Shown: piece after piece, positions 19,829 through 32,623 of the stretch
Layout of the letters: every line of letters starts with the position of its first letter
Position numbering within the stretch: position 1 is the stretch's first letter
NCBI GenBank assembly: GCA_004431415.1
Contig: QPMI01000567.1
Coordinates: 6,456 to 70,455, forward strand
DNA from: Cyanophora paradoxa CCMP329
Taxonomy: Eukaryota; Plantae; Glaucophyta
Length of the DNA stretch: 64,000 nucleotides
Direction of reading: 5' to 3'
Made by a program: the position numbers and the translations under genes
The notes under the pieces: generated by a model
Seen by the model: the letters and a program-made list of their open reading frames with translations, nothing else
Databases searched by the model: none
Told to the model about the DNA's origin: nothing

Positions 19829-22800
19829 TCGCCGGGCCGGCGCTCCTCGCCCAGGGCGCGTACAGACTCCGCGCATGTTCCAACGCCTTCATAGACATAT
19901 ATATAAGATAGAGCACCCCTGTGAAACTTCAGAATCCGGGTTCTCAATAGTAGGCGGGCCTTAGCGCGAAATTGCCTAGGGGCGGCATCGAACCCGGGTT
20001 GTTCCATTCCAACAGAATTCTTGAAGTTCGGGTACCTTTAGCTGGACTTAACAATAGGAAGCTAGCGACTCCGTGACGGGCCGGAGGTTCCTAGCGAGCT
20101 TAGCTGGGTTTATGAGAAGGCTCTATTTCTACATGCATCATTGAAGTTGTCCTTCTAACCCAGGGCATGCGCAGAGCCGGCTCTGCCTTCGCGTACGCGT
20201 GCGCCCTCGGGCGCGTCGCCGTGACGCGACGACGTAATGGTGGCCACTCCGCCCCGGATGCCCCGTGCGCCATCCCTTCCCCGCGCCGGGCCCCGCGGCG
20301 CTCCTCTGAGGCGGCGGGACAGGCCGCGGGCGGCTGTGGTGAGCGGGCAGGCCCTCGCGGCCTCCGCCCAGCAGATCATCGCCGCCTCCGCCTCGGGCGT
20401 CGGCGTGTGCGCGCCGGCCCCCGCCCCGGCCTCCCGCCCCCGGCGCTTGCTGAGAAACAAGCCGCAAGCCGGCGGGGCGCGGGGCGCTGCGGCTCATGGA
20501 GGTGGCGGCGCTCGTCCTCGCCGCCGCCCTCAAGGCCGGCAACGAGCGCCTGTGCGCCGGCCGCCCGCCCCCGCCCCCGCCCCGCCCCGCCGCCTCGCCC
20601 TGAGGGGCGCGGGGTGCCCAGCAGCCTGACGATGGCGGCGGACAAGTACGCGAGGCTCTTTGCGCACGCCGACGCCCCGCGGCCTCGCCCTGCAGCTCTC
20701 CACCGCCACCGCGTCGACCCCCGCTCCTCGCCGCCCCATCGCCCACCCGCCCGCTTCTCCCTCGTCGCCCTCCTCGGCCTGCCCCGCCCCGCCCGCTCGT
20801 CCCTCGCAGGGCCTGACGGGGCGGGGCGGGGGCAGATCCCGGGGCGGCCTCCTTCACGCCCCTCTTCCGGGCGCACGCGGCCGGCGCCTGAGACCGCGCC
20901 ATCGCCATGCAGGCGCCCGGACCCCTCCCGCCCCGCCCGCCCCGCCCCGCCCGCCCCGCGCCCTCTGACGGAGCCGCAGGGCGCGCCCCCGCCGCCCCTC
21001 CCTGCCCTCGTACACATCCCCGAACTCCTCTTCTCCCTCGTCTCCAGTGCGCCGTACCCCTCCCGAACCCGGCGCGGCGCCTCGTACCCCGCCCCGACGC
21101 CGGCGCCGCTCCGGCAGACGTCGACGCGCCGCTGGTGGCCGGCTCGGCGACCTCTTCCACGAGCTCCCCAGCCACGCCAGCGAGCTCCCCAGCCACGCCA
21201 GCAGGCCCGTACCCCCCCCCAACTAGACTCGGCGTACCCCCCTCAACCCCGGGCGCGCAGGGCGATGTACAGGGCGCTGCTGGAGGTGCTGGGGGGCCCC
21301 GGTACCCCCCAGGACATCGGTCAGGCCTGCCTGGCCGCCGCCGTCGTCCTCCCGAGCCCCCATGGGCGCCCCCGCCGGCGCGCCGCTGGCGCGCTGCAGC
21401 ACCGCCGGCCGGCGCCGCCGGGCTGCACGGGCGCCGCCACGGGCCCGCCGGCGCCTCCCAGCAAACACGCTGCTCAACCGTCCGTGCGAGCTTTCTTCGC
21501 CCCGCCCTCCCCCCTCCCCCCTAGCTTGCTTCGTCCGCCGTTTTTTGGAGCGGATCCAACGCTGCCGTTTTTTCGCCCCTCCCCCCCCCTCCCCCTCTGC
21601 CGTTTTTTGGAGCGGAACCAACGCTGACGCTGGCCGTGCAGCACGCATCCGCCGGCAAAGAGCTCTGACTGACTGAATTCGACTGGCGGTGCAGTGGGTT
21701 AGACGTTGCTGTAGCTGCAGCAACGGCGGCCGGGGAGGCTGATCGCGGTGCCGTCCCTGCCCCGCCCACCCGAGCATGCGCAGCGGCTTCTGACGGTGCC
21801 GCGCCTCTTGGGCCAGGAAGCTGGCGGAAGCCCGGAGCCAGTGACCATCGCTGTTCCAGCCTGGCTAGCGGATCACACGTACGCCCGTACCCTTCCGCGG
21901 CATCAATATATAACCCTCCCCGCTCATTCGCTCCGCACTACAGGCAGGAAGCAGCGAAGCAGAGAGCAGCGCGCGCCCGAGTTCTTCTGCAGCGACGTCG
22001 ACCGGCCGAGAGGAAGTCAATTTGATCCGTCATATAGGGGCAGGAAAGCATGTAGAAAGCGTTTCAGGAAGCATTTTTAGATCAGTGTAGATGCGCTACA
22101 ATGTCTGAGCAGCGTTTGGTAGTCGGCAACCCGAGAAATTCGGTCTGCCAGCTGCCATACAAACCCAACCACTGGTGGTTGGGAATGTATGGCAGTTGGC
22201 AAGCGAGGGTACGGGGAAATCCGTGCAAATCGGGCGAGAATTGTGTTAATTTACGACAAAATTACGACATAAAATAGACCGAATTACCTAATTTTGGGGG
22301 GAAGAAACACGAAAATTGCGCTATTTTATCGAAATTCCGGCTCCCACCCCCCGATCAAAATCCCCACCGTGTGGCACCAAATTAAAATATTGAGCACGAA
22401 ATTGGCCACTTCCTAGCGCAAGCTCTAGGTCGCCGGGCCGGCGCTCCTCGCCCAGGGCGCGTACAGACTCCGCGCATGTTCCAACGCCTTCATAGACATA
22501 TATATAAGATAGAGCACCCCTGTGAAACTTCAGAATCCGGGTTCTCAATAGTAGGCGGGCCTTAGCGCGAAATTGCCTAGGGGCGGCATCGAACCCGGGT
22601 TGTTCCATTCCAACAGAATTCTTGAAGTTCGGGTACCTTTAGCTGGACTTAACAATAGGAAGCTAGCGACTCCGTGACGGGCCGGAGGTTCCTAGCGAGC
22701 TTAGCTGGGTTTATGAGAAGGCTCTATTTCTACATGCATCATTGAAGTTGTCCTTCTAACCCAGGGCATGCGCAGAGCCGGCTCTGCCTTCGCGTACGCG

Positions 22801-25800
22801 TGCGCCCTCGGGCGCGTCGCCGTGACGCGACGACGGTAATGGTGGCCACTCCGCCCGGATGCCCCGTGCGCCATCCTTCCCCCGCGCCGGGCCCCGCGGC
22901 GCTCCTCTGAGGCGGCGGGACAGGCCGCGGGCGGCTGTGGTGAGCGGGCAGGCCCTCGCGGCCTCCGCCCAGCAGATCATCGCCGCCTCCGCCTCGGGCG
23001 TCGGCGTGTGCGCGCCGGCCCCCGCCCCGGCCTCCCGCCCCCCGGCGCTTGCTGAGAAACAAGCCGCAAGCCGGCGGGGCGCGGGGCGCTGCGGCTCATG
23101 GAGGTGGCGGCGCTCGTCCTCGCCGCCGCCCTCAAGGCCGGCAACGAGCGCCTGTGCGCCGGCCGCCCCGCCCCGCCCCGCCCCGCCCCCGCCGCCTCGC
23201 CCTGAGGGGCGCGGGGTGCCCAGCAGCCTGACGATGGCGGCGGACAAGTACGCGAGGCTCTTTGCGCACGCCGACGCCCCCGCGGCCCTCGCCCTGCAGC
23301 TCCTCCACCGCCACCGCGTCGACCCCCCGCTCCTCGCCGCCCCCATCGCCCACCCCGCCCGCTTCTCCCTCGTCGCCCTCCTCGGCCTGCCCCGCCCCGC
23401 CCGCTCGTCCCTCGCAGGGCCTGACGGGGCGGGGCGGGGGCAGATCCCGGGGCGGCCTCCTTCACGCCCCTCTTCCGGGCGCACGCGGCCGGCGCCTGAG
23501 ACCGCGCCATCGCCATGCAGGCGCCCGGACCCCTCCCGCCCCGCCCCGCCCCGCCCCGCCCCGCCCCGCGCCCTCTGACGGAGCCGCAGGGCGCGCCCCC
23601 GCCGCCCCTCCCTGCCCTCGTACACATCCCCGAACTCCTCTTCTCCCTCGTCTCCAGTGCGCCGTACCCTCCCGAACCCGGCGCGGCGCCTCGTACCCCG
23701 CCCGACGCCGGCGCCGCTCCGGCAGACGTCGACGCGCCGCTGGTGGCCGGCTCGGCGACCTCTTCCACGAGCTCCCCAGCCACGCCAGCGAGCTCCCCAG
23801 CCACGCCAGCAGGCCCGTACCCCCCCCCCAACTAGACTCGGCGTACCCCCCTCAACCCCGGGCGCGCAGGGCGATGTACAGGGCGCTGCTGGAGGTGCTG
23901 GGGGGCCCCGGTACCCCCCAGGACATCGGTCAGGCCTGCCTGGCCGCCGCCGTCGTCCTCCCCGAGCCCCCCATGGGCGCCCCCGCCGGCGCGCCGCTGG
24001 CGCGCTGCAGCACCGCCGGCCGGCGCCGCCGGGCTGCACGGGCGCCGCCACGGGCCCGCCGGCGCCTCCCAGCAAACACGCTGCTCAACCGTCCGTGCGA
24101 GCTTTCTTCGCCCCGCCCTCCCCCCTCCCCCCTAGCTTGCTTCGTCCGCCGTTTTTTGGAGCGGATCCAACGCTGCCGTTTTTTCGCCCCTCCCCCCCCT
24201 CCCCTCTGCCGTTTTTTGGAGCGGAACCAACGCTGACGCTGGCCGTGCAGCACGCATCCGCCGGCAAAGAGCTCTGACTGACTGAATTCGACTGGCGGTG
24301 CAGTGGGTTAGACGTTGCTGTAGCTGCAGCAACGGCGGCCGGGAGGCTGATCGCGGTGCCGTCCTGCCCCGCCCACCCGAGCATGCGCAGCGGCTTCTGA
24401 CGGTGCCGCGCCTCTTGGGCCAGGAAGCTGGCGGAAGCCCGGAGCCAGTGACCATCGCTGTTCCAGCCTGGCTAGCGGATCACACGTACGCCCGTACCCC
24501 TTCCGCGGCATCAATATATAACCCCTCCCCGCTCATTCGCTCCGCACTACAGGCAGGAAGCAGCGAAGCAGAGAGCAGCGCGCGCCCGAGTTCTTCTGCA
24601 GCGACGTCGACCGGCCGAGAGGAAGTCAATTTGATCCGTCATATAGGGGCAGGAAAGCATGTAGAAAGCGTTTCAGGAAGCATTTTTAGATCAGTGTAGA
24701 TGCGCTACAATGTCTGAGCAGCGTTTGGTAGTCGGCAACCCGAGAAATTCGGTCTGCCAGCTGCCATACAAACCCAACCACTGGTGGTTGGGAATGTATG
24801 GCAGTTGGCAAGCGAGGGGTACGGGGAAATCCGTGCAAATCGGGCGAGAATTGTGTTAATTTACGACAAAATTACGACATAAAATAGACCGAATTACCTA
24901 ATTTTGGGGGGAAGAAACACGAAAATTGCGCTATTTTATCGAAATTCCGGCTCCCACCCCCCGATCAAAATCCCCACCGTGTGGCACCAAATTAAAATAT
25001 TGAGCACGAAATTGGCCACTTCCTAGCGCAAGCTCTAGGTCGCCGGGCCGGCGCTCCTCGCCCAGGGCGCGTACAGACTCCGCGCATGTTCCAACGCCTT
25101 CATAGACATATATATAAGATAGAGCACCCCTGTGAAACTTCAGAATCCGGGTTCTCAATAGTAGGCGGGCCTTAGCGCGAAATTGCCTAGGGGCGGCATC
25201 GAACCCGGGTTGTTCCATTCCAACAGAATTCTTGAAGTTCGGGTACCTTTAGCTGGACTTAACAATAGGAAGCTAGCGACTCCGTGACGGGCCGGAGGTT
25301 CCTAGCGAGCTTAGCTGGGTTTATGAGAAGGCTCTATTTCTACATGCATCATTGAAGTTGTCCTTCTAACCAGGGCATGCGCAGAGCCGGCTCTGCCTTC
25401 GCGTACGCGTGCGCCCTCGGGCGCGTCGCCGTGACGCGACGACGGTAATGGTGGCCACTCCGCCCCGGATGCCCCGTGCGCCATCCCTTCCCCCGCGCCG
25501 GGCCCCGCGGCGCTCCTCTGAGGCGGCGGGACAGGCCGCGGGCGGCTGTGGTGAGCGGGCAGGCCCTCGCGGCCTCCGCCCAGCAGATCATCGCCGCCTC
25601 CGCCTCGGGCGTCGGCGTGTGCGCGCCGGCCCCCGCCCCGGCCTCCCGCCCCCCGGCGCTTGCTGAGAAACAAGCCGCAAGCCGGCGGGGCGCGGGGCGC
25701 TGCGGCTCATGGAGGTGGCGGCGCTCGTCCTCGCCGCCGCCCTCAAGGCCGGCAACGAGCGCCTGTGCGCCGGCCGCCCCGCCCCCGCCCCGCCCCGCCC

Positions 25801-28800
25801 CCGCCGCCTCGCCCTGAGGGGCGCGGGTGCCCAGCAGCCTGACGATGGCGGCGGACAAGTACGCGAGGCTCTTTGCGCACGCCGACGCCCCCGCGGCCCT
25901 CGCCCTGCAGCTCCTCCACCGCCACCGCGTCGACCCCCCGCTCCTCGCCGCCCCATCGCCCACCCGCCCGCTTCTCCCTCGTCGCCCTCCTCGGCCTGCC
26001 CCGCCCGCCCGCTCGTCCCTCGCAGGGCCTGACGGGGCGGGGCGGGGGCAGATCCCGGGGCGGCCTCCTTCACGCCCCTCTTCCGGGCGCACGCGGCCGG
26101 CGCCTGAGACCGCGCCATCGCCATGCAGGCGCCCGGACCCCTCCGCCCGCCCCGCCCGCCCCGCCCCGCCCGCGCCCTCTGACGGAGCCGCAGGCGCGCC
26201 CCCGCCGCCCCTCCCTGCCCTCGTACACATCCCGAACTCCTCTTCTCCCTCGTCTCCAGTGCGCCGTACCCCTCCCGAACCCGGCGCGGCGCCTCGTACC
26301 CCGCCCCGACGCCGGCGCCGCTCCGGCAGACGTCGACGCGCCGCTGGTGGCCGGCTCGGCGACCTCTTCCACGAGCTCCCCAGCCACGCCAGCGAGCTCC
26401 CCAGCCACGCCAGCAGGCCCGTACCCCCCCCCAACTAGACTCGGCGTACCCCCTCAACCCCGGGCGCGCAGGGCGATGTACAGGGCGCTGCTGGAGGTGC
26501 TGGGGGCCCCGGTACCCCCAGGACATCGGTCAGGCCTGCCTGGCCGCCGCCGTCGTCCTCCCCGAGCCCCCCATGGGCGCCCCCGCCGGCGCGCCGCTGG
26601 CGCGCTGCAGCACCGCCGGCCGGCGCCGCCGGGCTGCACGGGCGCCGCCACGGGCCCGCCGGCGCCTCCCAGCAAACACGCTGCTCAACCGTCCGTGCGA
26701 GCTTTCTTCGCCCCGCCCCCCCCCCCCCCCCCCCCTAGCTTGCTTCGTCCGCCGTTTTTTGGAGCGGATCCAACGCTGCCGTTTTTTCGCCCCTCCCCCC
26801 CCCTCCCCTCTGCCGTTTTTTGGAGCGGAACCAACGCTGACGCTGGCCGTGCAGCACGCATCCGCCGGCAAAGAGCTCTGACTGACTGAATTCGACTGGC
26901 GGTGCAGTGGGTTAGACGTTGCTGTAGCTGCAGCAACGGCGGCCGGGGAGGCTGATCGCGGTGCCGTCCCTGCCCCGCCCACCCGAGCATGCGCAGCGGC
27001 TTCTGACGGTGCCGCGCCTCTTGGGCCAGGAAGCTGGCGGAAGCCCGGAGCCAGTGACCATCGCTGTTCCAGCCTGGCTAGCGGATCACACGTACGCCCG
27101 TACCCTTCCGCGGCATCAATATATAACCCCTCCCCGCTCATTCGCTCCGCACTACAGGCAGGAAGCAGCGAAGCAGAGAGCAGCGCGCGCCCGAGTTCTT
27201 CTGCAGCGACGTCGACCGGCCGAGAGGAAGTCAATTTGATCCGTCATATAGGGGCAGGAAAGCATGTAGAAAGCGTTTCAGGAAGCATTTTTAGATCAGT
27301 GTAGATGCGCTACAATGTCTGAGCAGCGTTTGGTAGTCGGCAACCCGAGAAATTCGGTCTGCCAGCTGCCATACAAACCCAACCACTGGTGGTTGGGAAT
27401 GTATGGCAGTTGGCAAGCGAGGGGTACGGGAAATCCGTGCAAATCGGGCGAGAATTGTGTTAATTTACGACAAAATTACGACATAAAATAGACCGAATTA
27501 CCTAATTTTGGGGGAAGAAACACGAAAATTGCGCTATTTTATCGAAATTCCGGCTCCCACCCCCGATCAAAATCCCCACCGTGTGGCACCAAATTAAAAT
27601 ATTGAGCACGAAATTGGCCACTTCCTAGCGCAAGCTCTAGGTCGCCGGGCCGGCGCTCCTCGCCCAGGCGCGTACAGACTCCGCGCATGTTCCAACGCCT
27701 TCATAGACATATATATAAGATAGAGCACCCCTGTGAAACTTCAGAATCCGGGTTCTCAATAGTAGGCGGGCCTTAGCGCGAAATTGCCTAGGGCGGCATC
27801 GAACCCGGGTTGTTCCATTCCAACAGAATTCTTGAAGTTCGGGTACCTTTAGCTGGACTTAACAATAGGAAGCTAGCGACTCCGTGACGGGCCGGAGGTT
27901 CCTAGCGAGCTTAGCTGGGTTTATGAGAAGGCTCTATTTCTACATGCATCATTGAAGTTGTCCTTCTAACCCAGGGCATGCGCAGAGCCGGCTCTGCCTT
28001 CGCGTACGCGTGCGCCCTCGGGCGCGTCGCCGTGACGCGACGACGGTAATGGTGGCCACTCCGCCCCGGATGCCCCGTGCGCCATCCCTTCCCCCGCGCC
28101 GGGCCCCGCGGCGCTCCTCTGAGGCGGCGGGACAGGCCGCGGGCGGCTGTGGTGAGCGGGCAGGCCCTCGCGGCCTCCGCCCAGCAGATCATCGCCGCCT
28201 CCGCCTCGGGCGTCGGCGTGTGCGCGCCGGCCCCGCCCCGGCCTCCCGCCCCCGGCGCTTGCTGAGAAACAAGCCGCAAGCCGGCGGGGCGCGGGGCGCT
28301 GCGGCTCATGGAGGTGGCGGCGCTCGTCCTCGCCGCCGCCCTCAAGGCCGGCAACGAGCGCCTGTGCGCCGGCCGCCCCGCCCCCGCCCCCGCCCCGCCC
28401 CCGCCGCCTCGCCCTGAGGGGCGCGGGGTGCCCAGCAGCCTGACGATGGCGGCGGACAAGTACGCGAGGCTCTTTGCGCACGCCGACGCCCCCGCGGCCC
28501 TCGCCCTGCAGCTCCTCCACCGCCACCGCGTCGACCCCCGCTCCTCGCCGCCCCATCGCCCACCCCGCCCGCTTCTCCCTCGTCGCCCTCCTCGCCTGCC
28601 CGCCCGCCCGCTCGTCCCTCGCAGGGCCTGACGGGGCGGGCGGGGGCAGATCCCGGGGCGGCCTCCTTCACGCCCCTCTTCCGGGCGCACGCGGCCGGCG
28701 CCTGAGACCGCGCCATCGCCATGCAGGCGCCCGGACCCCTCCCGCCCCGCCCGCCCCGCCCCGCCCCGCCCCGCGCCCTCTGACGGAGCCGCAGGGCGCG

Positions 28801-28930
28801 CCCCCGCCGCCCCTCCCTGCCCTCGTACACATCCCCGAACTCCTCTTCTCCCTCGTCTCCAGTGCGCCGTACCCCTCCCGAACCCGGCGCGGCGCCTCGT
28901 ACCCCGCCCCGACGCCGGCGCCGCTCCGGC
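19829..28930. repeat. 2.6-kb tandem array, block 1 (~3.5 units)
   Basis: Unit anchor TCGCCGGGCCGGCGCTCC at 19829, 22430, 25040 and 27642; the last unit is truncated at 28930. Confidence 0.95.
22146..22201. other. 26-bp-arm hairpin present in every complete 2.6-kb unit
   Basis: TGCCAGCTGCCATACAAACCCAACCA-ctgg-TGGTTGGGAATGTATGGCAGTTGGCA; 23 of 26 positions are Watson-Crick pairs. Confidence 0.85.
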
Positions 28931-29099
28931 GCCGCCCGATGGTGACCCTGTTGCTAAATACACTGAGTGTGATAACAATATTAAAGCAATGACATCCAAC
29001 CTTCAAACACTTTCAGTTGCCTACCAATCCCTTGGATCGAATTTAATCACTTTGGCTTGATTGCAGTTTATTTTTCTTTCCTTCTTAGTAAAAGAAGCA

Positions 29100-29952
29100 A
29101 TGGGTGAATATAATCGAGTTCAACTGCCTATATATTCCCTTGGATCCCCTGCAATGCATTTTCGCCAGCATGAAGTAAATGATGAGGTTCGTGGTTTAGA
29201 ATCCACAGAGAGACCCAATTCCAATGGCAACTCCTTTGATAAAAATTCGATTATTCGAGTTAAAGAGCTGAGAGCTGATAAGAATTCTGGTGTGGTTAAA
29301 ACAACTCGACTTCTTGTCACAAATGCTAACTTCTTTCAGCCTACTAATGGAGGTCCTGATGCTTACAGTGTTGATCTGAAAGCCCTTGATTATGATAAAA
29401 CACTGCTGCTGTAACTGTGAGATCAGGAGGAGCATTTATTGGTGGTGGCTGCAGAGTTTCAGGTCAGCTATCTTCATCTGTTTCCTACAATGATGTCCCA
29501 GATACTCTCGAACAAAATGTGGAGAACCCACAACGAATTCGTTTCTACACACCTGTTGCACAGCAACCTTTTTTGCATTTCTATGTTGCATCCTCTGTAA
29601 CTCTTGAGAATTCGGAATTAGTTTCCATTACAGGAACTGATCGAGTAAGAAGAAATATTCCTCTTCCACTGCAATGCTTTCCATGTGTAGAGCCAATAAT
29701 AATCAACCAGGACACAACTACTTATTCTTTGTTCAAGCTTCGAACCATTTTGGCAGAGGATATTGTGTTTATAACAATTTGACATTTACCTATGATCTGT
29801 TTGTCACTGAGGTTGGAGTATACAATACTATGATTATGGGACTGAGAACAGATATAGCAGCTGTATCAGCACTTCGTGGGGTAAATGTTGCTGATATATT
29901 CACAACAGGATTTTACCAAGAATTAGATGTAATTGATGACCCAACCCCATAA
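29100..29952 (+). pseudogene. Frameshifted copy of fibre-like paralog 1
   Basis: Matches 7234-8088 with 1-bp deletions near 29400 and 29665 (probably consensus errors). Confidence 0.8.
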
Positions 29953-29975
29953 AAGATATATCCCTTTAATGTAAA

Positions 29976-30808
29976 ATGGCTGAGCAACCCCCACTTGAAC
30001 GAATTATTACACCTCAGCTATCATTAGCTGCACCAGCAAACCATGTTCTGCAGCATGCTACTTTTGATGATGTAGAGGGTCTCCAATCAACAGAGGTCCA
30101 ACCTACAATGAACACCTTTGGTTCCACCCATAAACTGAGATTACAGGAACTCAGATGTGATAAAAATAATGGAATAGTTAAGACAACTAAGCTACTTGTT
30201 ACCAATGCAAACTTTTCTGCTCATTATGGAGACCCAGATAGCTATGGAGATCCTCTTTCTACTTATTCTTTTGAATCTAGGTCGGGAGCTATTAACTGCA
30301 AATCGGGGGAGCTTATATTGGTGATGGTCTTAGGGTTGGTGGGGCTGTTGGAGCGCCTTTATTTGTGAATGATCAACCCAATCCCATTGATCCCAATACA
30401 AGAATTCGAACCTATGTCCCCAGCATGAATGCCCCCTATATAATCAAAATATTCCCCATTGTAGTAAATGAACAGACAGCAGTAGTAGATTCTCTTGTTG
30501 AGATTGGTGACCACTACAAGGTTGTTGTGGATATTCCACCAGATGTATATGCTGTATGTCAAGTGGAGGGTGGAACTCCTAATTTTGCAGTTGTGATCAC
30601 CCCATATGATAATTTTGGTATTGCTTATCATGGAGTCAATTTCGGTTTGGAAGACTATCAGTTTCTGGTTAGAGCCACCAAGTTTGGTATCTACAAGTGT
30701 GTATTATATGCTGAGAGAACCGATTTTATTGCAAAGCAGAATACCTATGCTGAATACTATGGGACAAATCGATATTTCCCCATTTTTGGGCAGGATACTG
30801 CTCCATAA
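29976..30808 (+). pseudogene. Frameshifted copy of fibre-like paralog 2
   Basis: Matches 8112-8945 with one G lost from a G run near 30305. Confidence 0.8.
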
Positions 30809-30830
30809 GAATATTGGTTATATATAGAGT

Positions 30831-31101
30831 ATGGATAGTAAAACAAAAAGTTTATTGATGCTGCTATGACAGTTCATGGTAAAGATAAATTCGATTACAG
30901 TGAGACACATTACATCAAAGCTCAAGAGAAAGTATCTGTTAGATGTTTGCAGTGTAATAAGGTGATCCTTACCTATCCCTTTAATCATGTGAAGGGATCA
31001 GGTTGCAGGGAATGCAACAAAAAACATTCTCAGGCTTACAGGAAAAGGGCTTCTTCATCAATCACAGTGGAATATAGGATGTTTGCATTAGGTTCGATTA
31101 G
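30831..31101 (+). pseudogene. Frameshifted copy of the DUF723-like gene
   Basis: Matches 8968-9240 with homopolymer deletions. Confidence 0.75.
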
Positions 31102-31130
31102 GTTTAATTAATTTTTCTAAGGTATTCTTA

Positions 31131-31529
31131 ATGGAGACTCAATACAGAGGCTTTCATGTTATGCTTGATTACAAGGCTAAATCAGCTATTGCAACAGGAC
31201 ATGAGCATGTTAGCTTCCTAGGTAATTGGATTATGGGAACCCTTGAACAAGCTATATTAAGACAAGGCATAAGAATTGTTCATAAACACTGTGAGATATT
31301 TGATGGGAAACTATCACCTCCTGGATTTGCATTGGTTCTGCTATTAGATGAAAGCCATTGCACAGCTCATTGTTATTCCAATGAAGGCATGTTAGCAATT
31401 GATATATTCAGTTGTGGTAAAGAAGCTCAGCATAAAACACAAGCAGTAGCAGATGAGATAGATAAAACAATGAATTTCCTCACATTTGAGAAGACTGAGA
31501 GAAATAAACATGAAAGATTCCCGTTTTGA
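31131..31529 (+). CDS. speD: AdoMet decarboxylase, second identical copy
   Basis: Translation identical to 9270-9668. Confidence 0.85.
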   Translation: METQYRGFHVMLDYKAKSAIATGHEHVSFLGNWIMGTLEQAILRQGIRIVHKHCEIFDGKLSPPGFALVLLLDESHCTAHCYSNEGMLAIDIFSCGKEAQHKTQAVADEIDKTMNFLTFEKTERNKHERFPF

Positions 31530-32527
31530 TGAGTTTCTATAATGATTTGTTAAAGGATTCCTTTGTTTTCTAACAATAACATTGATCAGCTACTGTTACA
31601 AAAGGATATAATATATCCATTTCCTACAGTAGCTTTCTACAATGATTATTTTCCGGATTCCGGTTATTGTTTACAGTAGAAATCTAATGTATGATGTAGC
31701 CGAAATATGAATGCACCCTACACCTTCAGGTGTAAGATTTCGAATACTATTCGATTTCCTTACACTAAAACTCAGCATCTGCCCTAGATTCCCCTATTAT
31801 ATAATATTTATATTAAAGTGGACTCAAGGTTGACTCATATTAATCGTAAAAGTAGTAATAGTATATGGATTTTGTTACGAATTCAATGCAAGGGTTGACT
31901 AAGTGGGTTGAGTTGACTCAAATTTCACAGGAAATATTTGGGACCTAAAGTTTCTAAAAAGGATTTCAAAAAATGTGTCAACTCCCCCACTTAGTCAACC
32001 CTGACCATAAACAGTAAGGATTTGAGCTAACATGTATCACAAAGTGAACATTTTGAGTCCACTTAGAAGATCCACTTTTGAAATCCAAGTTGATTTTGCT
32101 TGAAATTTCAAAGTTGATCTAAAAGTGAGTCCACCCTGATTGATTATGGTAACAAAGTTGACTAAGTTGACTAAGTTGAGTCATCTTAAGAAATTCAAAG
32201 AGACTAAGAGTTCAAAATGTTTATGAAAAGTGAGTCAACTTAGACCACTTCTGATAACAAAGTTAAATATTTAATTGATTTAATCGGAAAAGAACATGAT
32301 TTAATCGAATTTATTGATATAATTCCGATTAGATTCATTTAGGATTCAATTAAGATCAATCGAAGTTATTGATATAATTCCGATTAACTACAATTAAGAT
32401 ACAATATCGATTAATCGAGTTTATCGATATAACATCGATTAAATTAATTGAAAATGCATATAAAAATATGAAAATTCAGGTGAAAATTCAAATAAATTAA
32501 TCGATTTTATTGATATAACATCGAATC

Positions 32528-32600
32528 ACACATATGAATATTCATATTTTAATCCTGAGGCGGAACGCCGAGGGATTAAAATATGAATATTCATATGTGT
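32528..32600. other. Second copy of the viral terminal hairpin
   Basis: Same sequence as 10670-10742. Confidence 0.9.
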
Positions 32601-32623
32601 ATAGTGTTATAAAATATCCGAAC

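Noticed and set aside
19940-20090. tRNA gene in the 295-bp repeat
   Set aside because: Only a B-box-like motif is present; the T stem is broken and I cannot fold a cloverleaf.
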